From positions 26,660,001 to 26,724,000 of the forward strand of contig OZ024742.1 in the NCBI GenBank assembly GCA_964016885.1: a stretch of DNA of 64,000 nucleotides, in the 5' to 3' direction. A program made the translations under genes and the position numbers. Below the pieces are notes generated by a model. The model was not told where the DNA came from. It did no database searches and saw only the letters and a list, made by a program, of their open reading frames with translations. Shown piece after piece: positions 13,685-25,559 of this stretch (positions are counted from its first letter, which is position 1; every line of letters starts with the position of its first letter). Source of the stretch: Eledone cirrhosa. Its lineage: Eukaryota.

Positions 13685-13727
13685 ACGCTGCTGACGATAG
13701 CTAATAAGCTTGAAACTGGTACAGCGT
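13685..13727 (+). ncRNA. Minimal type I hammerhead ribozyme
   Basis: acgctg-CTGACGA-tagc taataa gctt-GAAA-ctgg-TA-cagcgt. Confidence 0.85.
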
Positions 13728-13934
13728 TCCTTTGTCAGTGTTGAACAAAAGAGCAACGATGGTTGCTAAACACTCTACGGCTTAATTCGGGTTGTTTGTT
13801 TACAAACACACCGAGCATTATAATAAATGTTCGGTTAATCCATACGTAAATATATATATGTGTGCATGCATATATATATATATATATACATACTACTGTA
13901 CGTCTGTATACATATATGTATGTACGTATACATA

Positions 13935-13977
<43 letters not shown>

Positions 13978-13979
<2 letters not shown>

Positions 13980-14860
13980 TATGAAGAGAGAAGAAACATT
14001 TAGATATAATTAGTAATAAAATGTATCATACCTAAACTGCAGTTTAGGTATGATACATTTTATTACTAATTATATCTAAATGTTTCTTCTCTCTTCATAA
14101 TGTATTTTTAACTCTGATACTGGTTCAGTCTAGTTCAACTGAATTGGTCTGTCCCAGTCATTCATTGAGCAACATCGGTGAAGTCGGCACCCTTAACTCA
14201 CAGTTGGGTGCGGATGCATTCATGTATATATGTGTGTGTCCGCATGTATCTGTGTGTTTCTAAATATATTAATAACTGCCTCTGGTCGAGCAATCTTTGA
14301 AGTGTGGGGACAACTGGAAAGCTTCCATTACTCATACTTTTCGCCTTCTTCACTACCTCTTCTACGGCCTCGATATGAATACCCCCTCCGCCTCCGTGGT
14401 ATTTTCTTCGTGGTTATAAGAGGCTTAGCTCTGTTTCTCGACCGTTATATCGCGTGACTATCTCCCCCTCCGCCTTTTGGGATTCTTTCTCACGTCGTGT
14501 AGACGCGTTCTTGAGACTAGTAAAATGAGGTATCCTCTTGATAAGTCGGCAGACCTCGCAAGGACTCTATATCTTTGATATATTGTTTTTGTTTATGCCA
14601 CGAAACTACGTAGTCGAGGAATTTAGGAGCAGTTTAGGTATGATACATTTTATTACTAATTATATCTAAATGTTTCTTCTCTCTTCATAATGTATTTTTA
14701 ACTCTGATACTGGTTCAGTCTAGTTCAACTGAATTGGTCTGTCCCAGTCATTCATTGAGCAACATCGGTGAAGTCGGCACCCTTAACTCACAGTTGGGTG
14801 CGGATGCATTCATGTATATATGTGTGTGTCCGCATGTATCTGTGTGTTTCTAAATATATT
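13978..14860. repeat. Perfect palindrome plus ~230 bp direct repeats (pLTR-like architecture)
   Basis: 13978-14101 is a perfect palindrome centred on ctgcag; 14039-14270 is repeated at 14629-14860 around a ~360 bp unique core; (TA)n flanks. Confidence 0.7.
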
Positions 14861-15783
14861 ATATATATATATATATATATGGAGAGAGAGAGAGGGAGAG
14901 AGAGATATTTAAGTGAAAACCCAAAGATTATACTTCGGAGCGTTTCATGAATTTCTACGTTCCTTTCAACTTTAGAGCACATCAAACACTGTGTGATTAA
15001 ATAGTGATTTGCAGATTAATCAATTAATTTAACAGTAAAGCAGTTGCAATCACTTAACATTAAAGTATCCTCATGAAATCGATATAAATTTGGAGAATAC
15101 ATGTCCCGAACAAAAACATATCAATTCATGTTCAATAACATATACTAAAAAGTCAGGGCAGGCTTTCAGAGTGCTGAAAGAGACCGTTATACATTTAAGC
15201 ATCATGCAATTAGTTCAAAGCAGTAATCAGTTTAATGCAATGCAATAAAACCTCCTGGTTGTAGTATAGTTTAAATAAATAAGCACAAATATATTAACAT
15301 ACTACATTCTATTATTTGTGGTCTAAACTATTTTTAAGAACATAAACATCCAAGAGCGATATTCGGCAGAGTTCAACGTTCAAAATATGTTTATATTAAA
15401 AACAATGGATTATGAATAGATATCCAAATTCAAAATATCGGTTGTTCGATTAGAAAGCGGAACCAAATATGTTTTCAAACTATATGTTCGATAGTGACCT
15501 ACACTAAAAGTGTACATTTGGATATATACGGGTTATTATAAAAGAAATCTACGAATGTAAGTTTAAAAACTCTCGAGTAGACCTGTGTAACCTTATAGAG
15601 AAAACTTATGTAGACCTACTTTTGATAGTAATATTATATGTCTCAGATGTCTAATACAAAGAGACGTATGATTCTTATTAGGTTATAGGCAGAAGAGGGA
15701 GATAATTTAAGGTCCGTGGCTTAATTTTAAACTCCAACTGAGGTGTATATTACTTAGGGTCACCTTTATAATAATAAAAGGAT

Positions 15784-15847
<64 letters not shown>

Positions 15848-15983
15848 ACACTGGAAGGTAATATATTCGTAGTGGTAGAGCATTCAGTCTATGGGTCGAG
15901 ATGGGTAGAAGTGATAAAACAACAGTAAGAACAACAGTATGAACGCGCGTGCGCAGAAACGGTCACTTCACCCAAGCGATATA

Positions 15984-16019
<36 letters not shown>

Positions 16020-16021
<2 letters not shown>

Positions 16022-16217
16022 ACGAAGGATGTGTGGTCAGGAACCAGATGGACCATAACGCACCACAACACTCAATACTTAGGGCAGTAGAGCTGGTAAT
16101 AGGAAAAATGTTAGACCCCGACGGCAGAGCTCAAGCCGTTTCGACGGCTATTTCTGGAGCCCAGATATAGCCGTCGAAACGGCTTGAGCTCTGCCGTCGG
16201 GGTCTAACATATTCCCA
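16020..16217 (-). mobile_element. Fold-back family F1, copy 3
   Basis: Homologous to 3097-3280; near-perfect hairpin 16100-16217; (TA)n flanks. Confidence 0.8.
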
Positions 16218-16287
16218 TAAATATATATATATATATAAAATAAAGATAAATAAAAAGTCAAATGATTAAAATTTAGCTTCGTTTATT

Positions 16288-16342
16288 ACTGCTATATATA
16301 TTTCAGTGACAGCCATCTTTGGCTGTGACCTCCTCAGGCAGT
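16288..16342 (-). ncRNA. Type I hammerhead ribozyme (family of 47453/49626)
   Basis: Reverse complement: actgc-CTGAGGA-ggtcacagcca aaga tggctgtcact-GAAA-tatata-TA-gcagt-AATAAA. Confidence 0.85.
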
Positions 16343-16458
16343 TTGAATTAGTATGGTATAGACAAGTACATATGTTGTTGAGGTGTATAATATTGTCAAT
16401 ACTCTGATATGCCCAGTTCCTGGTTGGGTTGTTATTTCACTGAGGAACTGGAATCATA

Positions 16459-16523
<65 letters not shown>

Positions 16524-16562
16524 TAAAATAACAGATTAAAGTCTTCAAATTTATTATTATTA

Positions 16563-16599
<37 letters not shown>

Positions 16600-16604
<5 letters not shown>

Positions 16605-16858
16605 TAAAATAACTGATAAAAGTTTAAGCAAAGAATCACTGCTTCCACCCTTAAGGGGATCTTCTGAAACTCCGAATAATGATTTATACTATGTATATAT
16701 ATATATGCGCTGATTTGATTCTCCTGTATAAAGGTTAGACTTTTCAATATTTTTTGTTTATATTTCCTAATATTACATCTTGAGTTTCAGAAGATCCCGT
16801 TAAAGGTGAACGCAGCGATTTTTTGCTTAAACTTTAATCTGTTATTTTAATAAATATT
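16600..16858. repeat. ~72 bp inverted repeat next to (TA)n
   Basis: tttattaaaataac..gatcttctgaaactc (16600-16672) versus gagtttcagaagatc..gttattttaataaa (16782-16855). Confidence 0.7.
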
Positions 16859-17595
16859 TGGAACTAAGAGGGAAAACAATGAAATCTAGAGGATATTAAG
16901 CTGTTGTAAATGTGTCACCTACATAGAGGATAGCGGTCACTTTTATTTATATTTTCGAATCGTCTATATCACGTATCTCCCATGGTGAAAATGTTGGCCT
17001 TCAGCCTAAGTCAAAACAATTCAATAATTTATAAGCTTAACTCAAATGTTCGCCTTGACATTTTTCACTGACACTCATTTCAGATCAAAATCATCTTTAC
17101 TTGGCAAGTCAATTTATATATTTAATGGACTTGCTATTTTAAAATGCAAAGTGCTTACCAAATTGTAACTATTCAAGGTGTCAAACCAATACATCAAGAA
17201 ATCTGATTCCTTTTCGCTGTCAAAGCACAGCAATTCTTCATAAATTCACTAGCTTTCTGTTTATCTTTTCTATTGAAGAAAATGTAAAGAGGGATTTACA
17301 TAAGCTTCGATGTAATCTACACTATTTTCAAAAACGGTTTCCAGTAATAATAAAGGAAATATCTATTGTCATGTGTTTCGTTACTAGATAAGTCTATTGA
17401 ATGATTTGTCAGCAGAAACCCAATTCTGGGGACGTGACAGTGTTGAGAACTAATTATACAATAATAAAGTAAATGAAGCATATATACATGTATGTAAGTG
17501 ATCGTGTGTGTGTGTATGTGTGTGTGTGTGAGTGAATATATATATATATATATACGATATTAACAAATGGAAACTATATTTATAAAACCATATCT

Positions 17596-17658
17596 ATTTT
17601 ATTATACATATTTCAAGGATACCATGTTAAAGTATGGTATGCTTTCATCAGACAAAAT
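17596..17658 (-). ncRNA. Type I hammerhead ribozyme
   Basis: Reverse complement: attttgt-CTGATGA-aagcataccat actttaac atggtatcctt-GAAA-tatgta-TA-ataaaat; AATAAA overlaps stem I. Confidence 0.8.
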
Positions 17659-18891
17659 ACAATATATACCAGTTTTATAAATAAATATTGACATAACCTT
17701 TCAAAATGCAACCGTTACTTTTGGAAGACATCGGGATAGTGGATTTGTTTACTTATATTAGTAAGTCGTTGTGTTACAGAGAAGGAAAAAGACGGAGAGA
17801 GAGAAAAGAGGAGAGGGAGAAAAGGGAGAAAGAAAGAAAAAAAAAGAAAAAAGAAAAAAAAAAGAAAAAAGAGAGAAAAACGAGAGAGAGATATAAAAAT
17901 ACTAGACAGAGAGAAAAAATCGAGAGAGAGAAATATAGAGATAGAGAGAGGTAGAGAGAACGAAAACCTTAAGTCATGTCATATTAAGTTAAGTTAACAA
18001 TTGAAATGAAATGAATAAATAAAATTAGAAATATTAATATTCATGAATGGAATATACATATATAATATGAGAAATTAATCATTGTTTAACTATGATTACA
18101 TATTGAGTTTAAAAATTGAGATCAATATATAAAAAAATTGGAATTTAAACATTAAGAAATCTATATATTGCTAGAGAAACTACATATCATATAATACGTA
18201 CACACAAGCAAAATACACATAAATATATATATACACACACTCACAAAATACACATCATATCTACCCCCGTATATAATATATACATACAAAGCATAAACGA
18301 TTTTTTTTATTTAATGTTATACATCCTTTGTGTTATTAAATAAACATTTTTAATATATATATATAAATCTATAAGATTAGCTGTCATGCATTTATGGCTG
18401 TTAATTATGTCTATCTGCAATCAAATTGTATGGGTATACATGTACATGTACACACACAATTCTTACATATACATATATATATACATGTGTGTGCATCCTC
18501 AACCAATTGGTAGACACGCGTCACGCATGTATAAATACAGAAAGACATATATTCATAAAAATGCGCATAACACATGTATATGTATGCTAATATACACATA
18601 TAGATACAAACACGTATAGAGATAAGTATATATCAATATAGTACATAGTATAATTGAGTACATAAAATACAAAAGGATTATATTTTGGAAATATAATTAT
18701 ATGAATATAATTTTTAAAACAAAACAATTCTAAAATATTAAAAAATTAAAATATTTTAAAATATTATAGAATATTTTAAGTTAAAATAATATGTTTAAAA
18801 GATTTAGTATTGAAATTTATCTCACGTATATTTTACTCAAGATATTGAAAGGACAAACTTTCGAAAATTATGAGAAGCTATCTATATTATA

Positions 18892-18943
<52 letters not shown>

Positions 18944-18959
18944 GGGGGGGGGAGTATGT

Positions 18960-19859
18960 ATGTACGGAAGTTACAATCAAGATGGCTAAGAGTAGACATA
19001 GAAATTATTTGTGTTAGTAAGTAGTAAATAAGTTAGGGCCCTGATCCCATCAAGGTAGTGGCCCTGTTCGATATGTAGAAAAGCAGTAGCCAGAAACTCT
19101 ATACATTGTACACAATACAAATCTTGAGTATATAAGAGGTGTAGTCGGAGAGCAGGCAGAATAAGAAGAAAGGAATACATCGCATGTTATAGATGCATAA
19201 GGGTAATCGATAGAGCGACAGTGATAGAAACATTTCCTAGTTACATGAAAGATCAATAGATGTGGTTGATAGCATCACATTCATTGATAATCTAATTAGC
19301 AGTAGAAGAGGGTGCTCCGAGAGCTTAGTAGCTATAATAAGGATAAAGATGGAAGAAGTTTAATGAGCTATTCTCTCTTTTGACAAAAATATTTTTCTCC
19401 CTACGAATCAAAGGAGGGGTTTATGCTTCCTATGTGCGAGGTCTGATGTTGCATGGTAGTGAAACATGCACAGTGAGCGCAGAGGACACATGAAGCAAGC
19501 ATGCCTTGATGGATGTGCAATATTAATGTGGGAACGGCAGAGCTTGGATGAATTGAGTGGAAAACTGGGTTGAAGAGGAATCAGATGTGATGAACCAAAT
19601 AGAAGAATGAAACAGTATGGACATGTGATGGACATTGATGACGATATTTGGGTGAAGATGTGCCAAGTGATCCCAGTTGATGGACCGTTCATTGGAGGAA
19701 AACCCCCAAAATACCGGACAGACGCGTTGAGGTCTGATCCCCAATCGATGAGACTCACAGTGCAGTCGACGAAGACATGACAAGTGAGGTGTTATTGTTC
19801 TGAAGAAAACATGTCCAACCCATTTAAGAATGTGATAGTAATCACCTAAGAAAGCACCC

Positions 19860-19860
<1 letters not shown>
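18960..19860 (+). mobile_element. Degenerate 3' part of an RTE-type LINE with a Cys-rich insert
   Basis: Remnants WPCSICRKAVARNSIHCTQ..KRCS, then ..KFNELFSLLT..FSLRIKGGVYASYVRGLMLHGSET, and WYGHV-like and GGKP..T motifs typical of RTE ORF ends. Confidence 0.65.
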
Positions 19861-19911
<51 letters not shown>

Positions 19912-19916
<5 letters not shown>

Positions 19917-20073
19917 ATGCTTTGGGAGGGTCATGTTGCCAATAAGAAACACACGCACCAGTTGCTTTCACTGGTGAGTGTTACTTATTGGCAGCATGAC
20001 CCTCCCAAAGCATAACAATATCGGTTTCAACACACGTTTTCAGATAAAGAATCTTGCTAAACAAATTCAGAAA

Positions 20074-20076
<3 letters not shown>
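19912..20076. mobile_element. Fold-back family F2, copy 1
   Basis: Hairpin 19911-20019 plus a ~55 bp unpaired tail; homologue at 53112-53270; (TA)n both sides. Confidence 0.75.
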
Positions 20077-20106
<30 letters not shown>

Positions 20107-20109
<3 letters not shown>

Positions 20110-21332
20110 CGGGTAAAATTCCCGAGATCCACGGACCTGTTCTCTCCAGTGGTCTCTGTCCCTCATTATCGCTGCCATGTCCTGCGTCTCCAACAGACCA
20201 GTGTCTGTCCTTAGGGCATCAACATACGTTAATCTTGGTATTCCTCTTCCAGTGTGTCCATGTAGTGGCTCCCACAGGAGCACTGAGTGCAATGTCAACT
20301 CTGGATATCGGTGAGCAATGTCTCCTCTGTGTCACTTTTGAACTGACTTTTGGGAGGCTCTCATACAGCTCTGAGTTTTTTATCCTCAGTGTATACTGAT
20401 TAATGTTCAGAGCCATCCTCAGCATTCTCGTGTAGCACCCATCCACCATCTGAGTGAGTTTCTTGGTCAGTGTCCAAGTCTCAGACCCGCACAGCAGCAC
20501 AGACTCCACTACAGCAAAGAAGAGGGGAATTTTCAGGTCTTTACGAAGGTCCGACTTCCACACCGATCTCAAGCTGTGGCACGCCGCCGAGGCCTTGCTC
20601 TTCCTCTCAACCACCTCATCTTCCGTATTCCTAATCTTTGCTGCCAAATACAGGAAGCTCTCAACCAATTCTAGCGGCTTCCCGCCTACATTAATGATCC
20701 ACTGAGGCTTCTCAACATTCTCTACCAGATATTTTGTTTTAGTCTAATTCCTTCTCAGCCGCACACTCATTGACACAGTCTCACCATTCCACATCAAATC
20801 CTGTGCCTCCGTCACTGTATTTGTCACCAAAACTCTGTCGTCGTCAAATTCAGCATCTGATACCTTTTTCGGCTTAACTCTCCTGCTCTTAGCCGGTGCT
20901 ACAGTAAAGCCAGAGTCCTGGTGTTTCTCCAGTGCAAGGCGTATACAATAGTCCACTACGATGATACAAAGGTAGGGAGCCATTGTATCTCCCTGGAGCA
21001 CTCCAGTCAGTATCTCAAAGAACTCTGTCATCCCATCAGGTGTAATGACTTGGGCTTTGGTGTTGGTTTAGAGCAGTGATATCAGGTCCACTATCTTCTT
21101 GGGGATACCATAAGCCTGTAAGAACTTCATCAGGCAGTGACGGTCCAAAGAATCAAAGGCCTTCCTAAAGTCAATGAAAACCATGACCGCAGGAAGGCAC
21201 TCTACTCTACCTCCCTCTAATACCCTCCTCAGCATTAGGATGTGACTGGTGGTTTGACTTCCCTCTCTGAAGCCGTTCTTGTTGTCCCTGAACTTCTTCT
21301 CCATCTCAGGCTGGATCCTGTTAAGAATCATC

Positions 21333-21335
<3 letters not shown>
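20107..21335 (-). mobile_element. 5'-truncated RTE-clade LINE (RT domain to 3' end) in (TA)n
   Basis: ORFs give VFIDFRKAFDS, GVLQGDTMAPYL, EFDDD, ESVLLCGSETWTLT and GRGIPRLTYVD; frameshifted. Confidence 0.9.
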
Positions 21336-21398
<63 letters not shown>

Positions 21399-21537
21399 GT
21401 GTTAAACAATATTCAATGATTATGTCAAAGAATGAGTTTTACAGTAGATTGGAAGCACTAAACGGGAAAAAATTTTCAGGAGTTATTAATATTAAAATAT
21501 AAGTATAAATAAAATAGATGTTCTTTTGATCAATTAC

Positions 21538-21590
21538 ATTTTATTATACATATTTCGGATGTACAACAGTACGTCCTCATCACACAAAAT
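21538..21590 (-). ncRNA. Hammerhead ribozyme, core C mutated
   Basis: Reverse complement: attttgt-GTGATGA-ggacgtac tgtt gtacatcc-GAAA-tatgta-TA-ataaaat. Confidence 0.7.
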
Positions 21591-22422
21591 ATAATGATAC
21601 ATGACATACCCTGAGATGTTATATGGTTAAGATTTAATCAATGTAGTGATTAACCCAAGAGAAAATTTTACTTATATCCTATTTATGAGAAAATGCGAAA
21701 ACGTAATAAATTCATTAGGGAATGTGTGAGTAAGAAAAAACGTTGCATACTCTGTAACTGTTCTAAAAGTTTTAAAGTGTATGATACTACGATATATCTA
21801 GGAAAACGTCTCATGAATCATAACAGCCAGTGATAGCCACTGGAAAAGGATTTATAAAGACGGAAAAATAAAGTGGGGGGGGGGGGGGGGTGATATATGC
21901 AGAAGGAGATTTTTTCAGTAAGTTAAACGGTTTAATTTGAAAATATTTAATTTATAATATTAGGGTAAAGACTCCGGAGTTCAGGATTATTTGCTTGTTA
22001 TTTATATATTATTTTATAAATTCGATAAGTGTGTTATCATTTCTAAACTTCTGAATTTTATGAGGGTAACATTTAAAGGATTTATCTGGCACATAAAAAA
22101 TGAAATATTATACTGTTGATTATTTACCTAAATTAAAACTTTAACAAATATACCAACATATTAGTGAAGTACTTATTGTTATAAATATTTAAATTTTAGT
22201 TTAATACCCATTCCATAAATGTTTATGAAACTTATCTATAACTGTAAATTTATAATGAGTTTTTGATCTATTATTTAGAGTATAATATAATATAGTATAT
22301 GCATATATTTCTTTTAAATATATTTACTGCACTATAAAATCTAAAATTTGAGACGGATTCAAACTTATATATAAATGTAAATTTTTGCTGCGCTTTTGAT
22401 TTCTTATTTATTTATAATATAA

Positions 22423-22602
22423 TCGTTTCTACTTTTGGCACAAGGCCAGCAATTACCCAGTACATTACTGGTACTTTATTTTATCGACCCCGTAAGGATG
22501 AAAGGCAAAGTTAACCTCGGCGGGATTTGACTGTAAAAGGACGTAACTATGCTGGAAAGCATGGCGTCCGACTCTCTACTGATACTGCCAATTCACCGCC
22601 CT
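22423..22602 (-). mobile_element. SINE family A (short-tail variant) with TSD
   Basis: Full head to tail; flanked by direct repeat tatttataatataat. Confidence 0.85.
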
Positions 22603-23687
22603 TATTTATAATATAATGTATTATGATATCTATGTAGTTATATATTATATTTTATATATTTTTAAATATTTTAAAATATACCTACCACATTTCGATATAT
22701 ATGATTCAAATATAGAGAAAATATTCAAACTAAAAATTATTATAGACACTATTTTGAACTCTGAATTATCCATGCACACATTGTTGTTTTTCTCATATAT
22801 ATATGTATTTAAATGTAACACGTTGAACTCTACTTTATAAAAGTATAACTGTTATCATTTACTTAAAGTATACTACACTAAAAATACCTAATATCTATAT
22901 CTATATCTCCCTGTATCTAATAATATGTTGATATCTTGGTTGAAGAATAATTAGTGCATTTACACCCAGTTATACATAGGTATATATTTATCCTTAACAT
23001 CCTTCAATCTATTATCTTATTTTATTTTTATCTTCGTCGTTATTATTTACCTTAAACATACTGGCTCATTAATATATACCTATATGGATAACAGTTATTT
23101 AAATATTTATAACAATAAGTACTTCAAAAGCTTTACATACCTAATATGTTGGTATATTTGTTAAAGTTTGAATTTAGGTAAATAATCAACAATATAATAT
23201 TTCATTATTTATGTGTCAGATAATTCTTTTAAATGTTACCCTCATAAAATTCAGAAGTTTAGAAGTGATAACACACTTATCGAATTTATAAAAATAATAT
23301 ATAAATAACCAGCAAATAATCCTGAAATCTGGAGTTTTCACCCTAATATTATACATTTTTCAAATGTAACCGTTTAACTTTCGGAAAAAATCTCCTTCTG
23401 CACCCTTTAATTTTCCCTCTTTAAACATCGTTTTCCAGAGGCTATCACTGGCTGTTATGATTCATGAGACGTTTTCCTAGATATATAGTAGTAGCATACA
23501 CTTTAAAACTTTTAGAACATTTACAGTATGCAACGGTTTTTTTACTCACACATTCTCTAATGAATTTATTACGTTTTCGCATTTTCTCATAAATAGGCTA
23601 CATAAGTAAAATGTTCTCTTGGGTTAATCTCTACCTTGATTAAATCATAATCATGTAATATCTCAGGGTATGTCATGTATCATTATG

Positions 23688-23733
23688 TTTTGTCTGATGA
23701 GGACGTACTGTTGTACATCCGAGATATGTAAAT
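23688..23733 (+). ncRNA. Hammerhead ribozyme, degenerate
   Basis: ttttgt-CTGATGA-ggacgtac tgtt gtacatcc-GAGA-tatgta; GAAA mutated and 3' stem I deleted. Confidence 0.6.
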
Positions 23734-23782
23734 GATCAAAGAACATCTGTTTTATTAATACTTATATTTTAATATATATATT

Positions 23783-23848
<66 letters not shown>

Positions 23849-23851
<3 letters not shown>

Positions 23852-24623
23852 ATGAGAAGAAAGAAGAATACTACGTGGTTGCACATGGGTTACATATGAT
23901 AAAAATAGTCCTTCGTCAGTGATTTTCTAACCATCATTTGTATTTCATCGCATTAAGCCAAACTGGAGGAAGTGAGAAGGGGAGAAACAGAGAGTGGGTG
24001 AGCGGAAGTGCGAGGAAGCGGTCAGTGGAGTGAAAGTGTAACTGACAGATGTGGCGAAAGAAGGTGAGAGAAACAGACAAACGCAGCTGAGGTAAATATA
24101 TATAAAAAACATAAGAAGAAAGAAGAATACTGCATGGTTGCACATGGGTTACATATGATAAAAATAGTCCTTCGTCAGGGATTTTCCAACCATCATTGGT
24201 ATTTAATCGCATTAAAAATCATATACCTCAGGTTGGGGCGAGCAAAAACTAAAAAAAGTTATTGGGACCAGTAAATCGCGTAAAGCGAGGGGAGCAAGTA
24301 AACAACATAGAAGGATAAAAGCAAACCAAAGATAGGAAAAAAACAAGCAGCATGGTTGTCCGGTCAGCATAATCTGGGTGGATTTCATGAGCGAAAGGTA
24401 CAGACCGTCCGACGTGAGTGAGATGTAAGCAAGAAGAGATCCACTGTAAGCCAAATGGGAGGAAGTGAGAAAGGGAGAAACAGAGAGTGAGTGAGTGGAA
24501 GTGCGAGGAAGCCGTCAGTCGAGAGAAAGTGTAAGTGACAGAGGGGGCGAAAGAAGGTGAGAGAAACAGAGAGAACGGCGAAGCAGTAAGAGAGAAACAG
24601 ACAAACGAAGCCGAGGTAAATTA

Positions 24624-24625
<2 letters not shown>
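23849..24625. repeat. Interleaved direct repeats A-B-A-C-B between (TA)n tracts
   Basis: A: 23849-23956 and 24108-24215; B (purine-rich): 23956-24097 and 24448-24621. Confidence 0.7.
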
Positions 24626-24675
<50 letters not shown>

Positions 24676-25363
24676 TAATTTATGTTGTCATAACATATAT
24701 AATGCATATGATGATTATGTTTCTCAGTAGAAAAGCTCAATGGACATTTTCCCAGCGCATCAACAATTCAAACAAAAATATATATGTATATATGTAGAGG
24801 GGCCATATATCATTTGAGAAACACATAGTGTTTGGGTTTGGTACATATATATAAAGCACATAATATTTAAGAATATGTACATAATTTAAGGGCTTCCCCA
24901 CTTTAAAGTATATACTTTTTCATATATATTATCTGCTTTATACTGTGTTTCTCAAACCATATATACATATATCTCTCTCTCGCCCCTCCCCCCCTCTCTC
25001 TCTCTTTATATATATATATATAATGTTAAATTATATATATCTTTTAATTATATATATATATATATATAAGAGACGCGTTTCGCACCTGTCCGACAGACAA
25101 CCTTTACCCCGGAAAAAAACCCCAGTTGATGGATGTGAATCCGAAATATATAGGGACAATTAAATCTCTCCCAAGGTAACTTTCTTTGTGTTGTTATTTT
25201 AATTTTATCCTTTTACTCTTCCCTTCTTTCTTCTATACATTTACACATCTTTACACACCACGCATCTCAACGTACACCCACTTACATCTCTCTCTCCACC
25301 ACCGGATCTTGTTACCCGGAGATTTACCTATTTGCATTGTCGAGGCTTCCAAACGACTTAAAG

Positions 25364-25394
<31 letters not shown>

Positions 25395-25559
25395 AATTAT
25401 ATAATTTGAAAAAAAAAAAATATATATATATATATATAGTTTACACACCCATATATCATTCCCATACCAATTTATATATACATACAATTGCATTTAGATA
25501 CAGTGTTGAAAAATATGTGTAGAAATATCACGTTTACACTAAAAAGAAGACAATCAAAA

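Larger units (their letters stand above)
12947..13938. mobile_element. HHR-bearing ~445 bp retrozyme/PLE-like unit, present as inverted plus tandem copies
   Basis: Minus copy 12947-13375 reads Y-X; plus array 13375-13938 reads X-Y-X'. Each Y contains an HHR; (TA)n flanks. Confidence 0.75.
21488..23772. repeat. ~700 bp inverted repeat pair, each arm ending in an HHR
   Basis: 21488-22190 is the diverged reverse complement of 23098-23772; the ~900 bp spacer contains a SINE. Confidence 0.8.
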
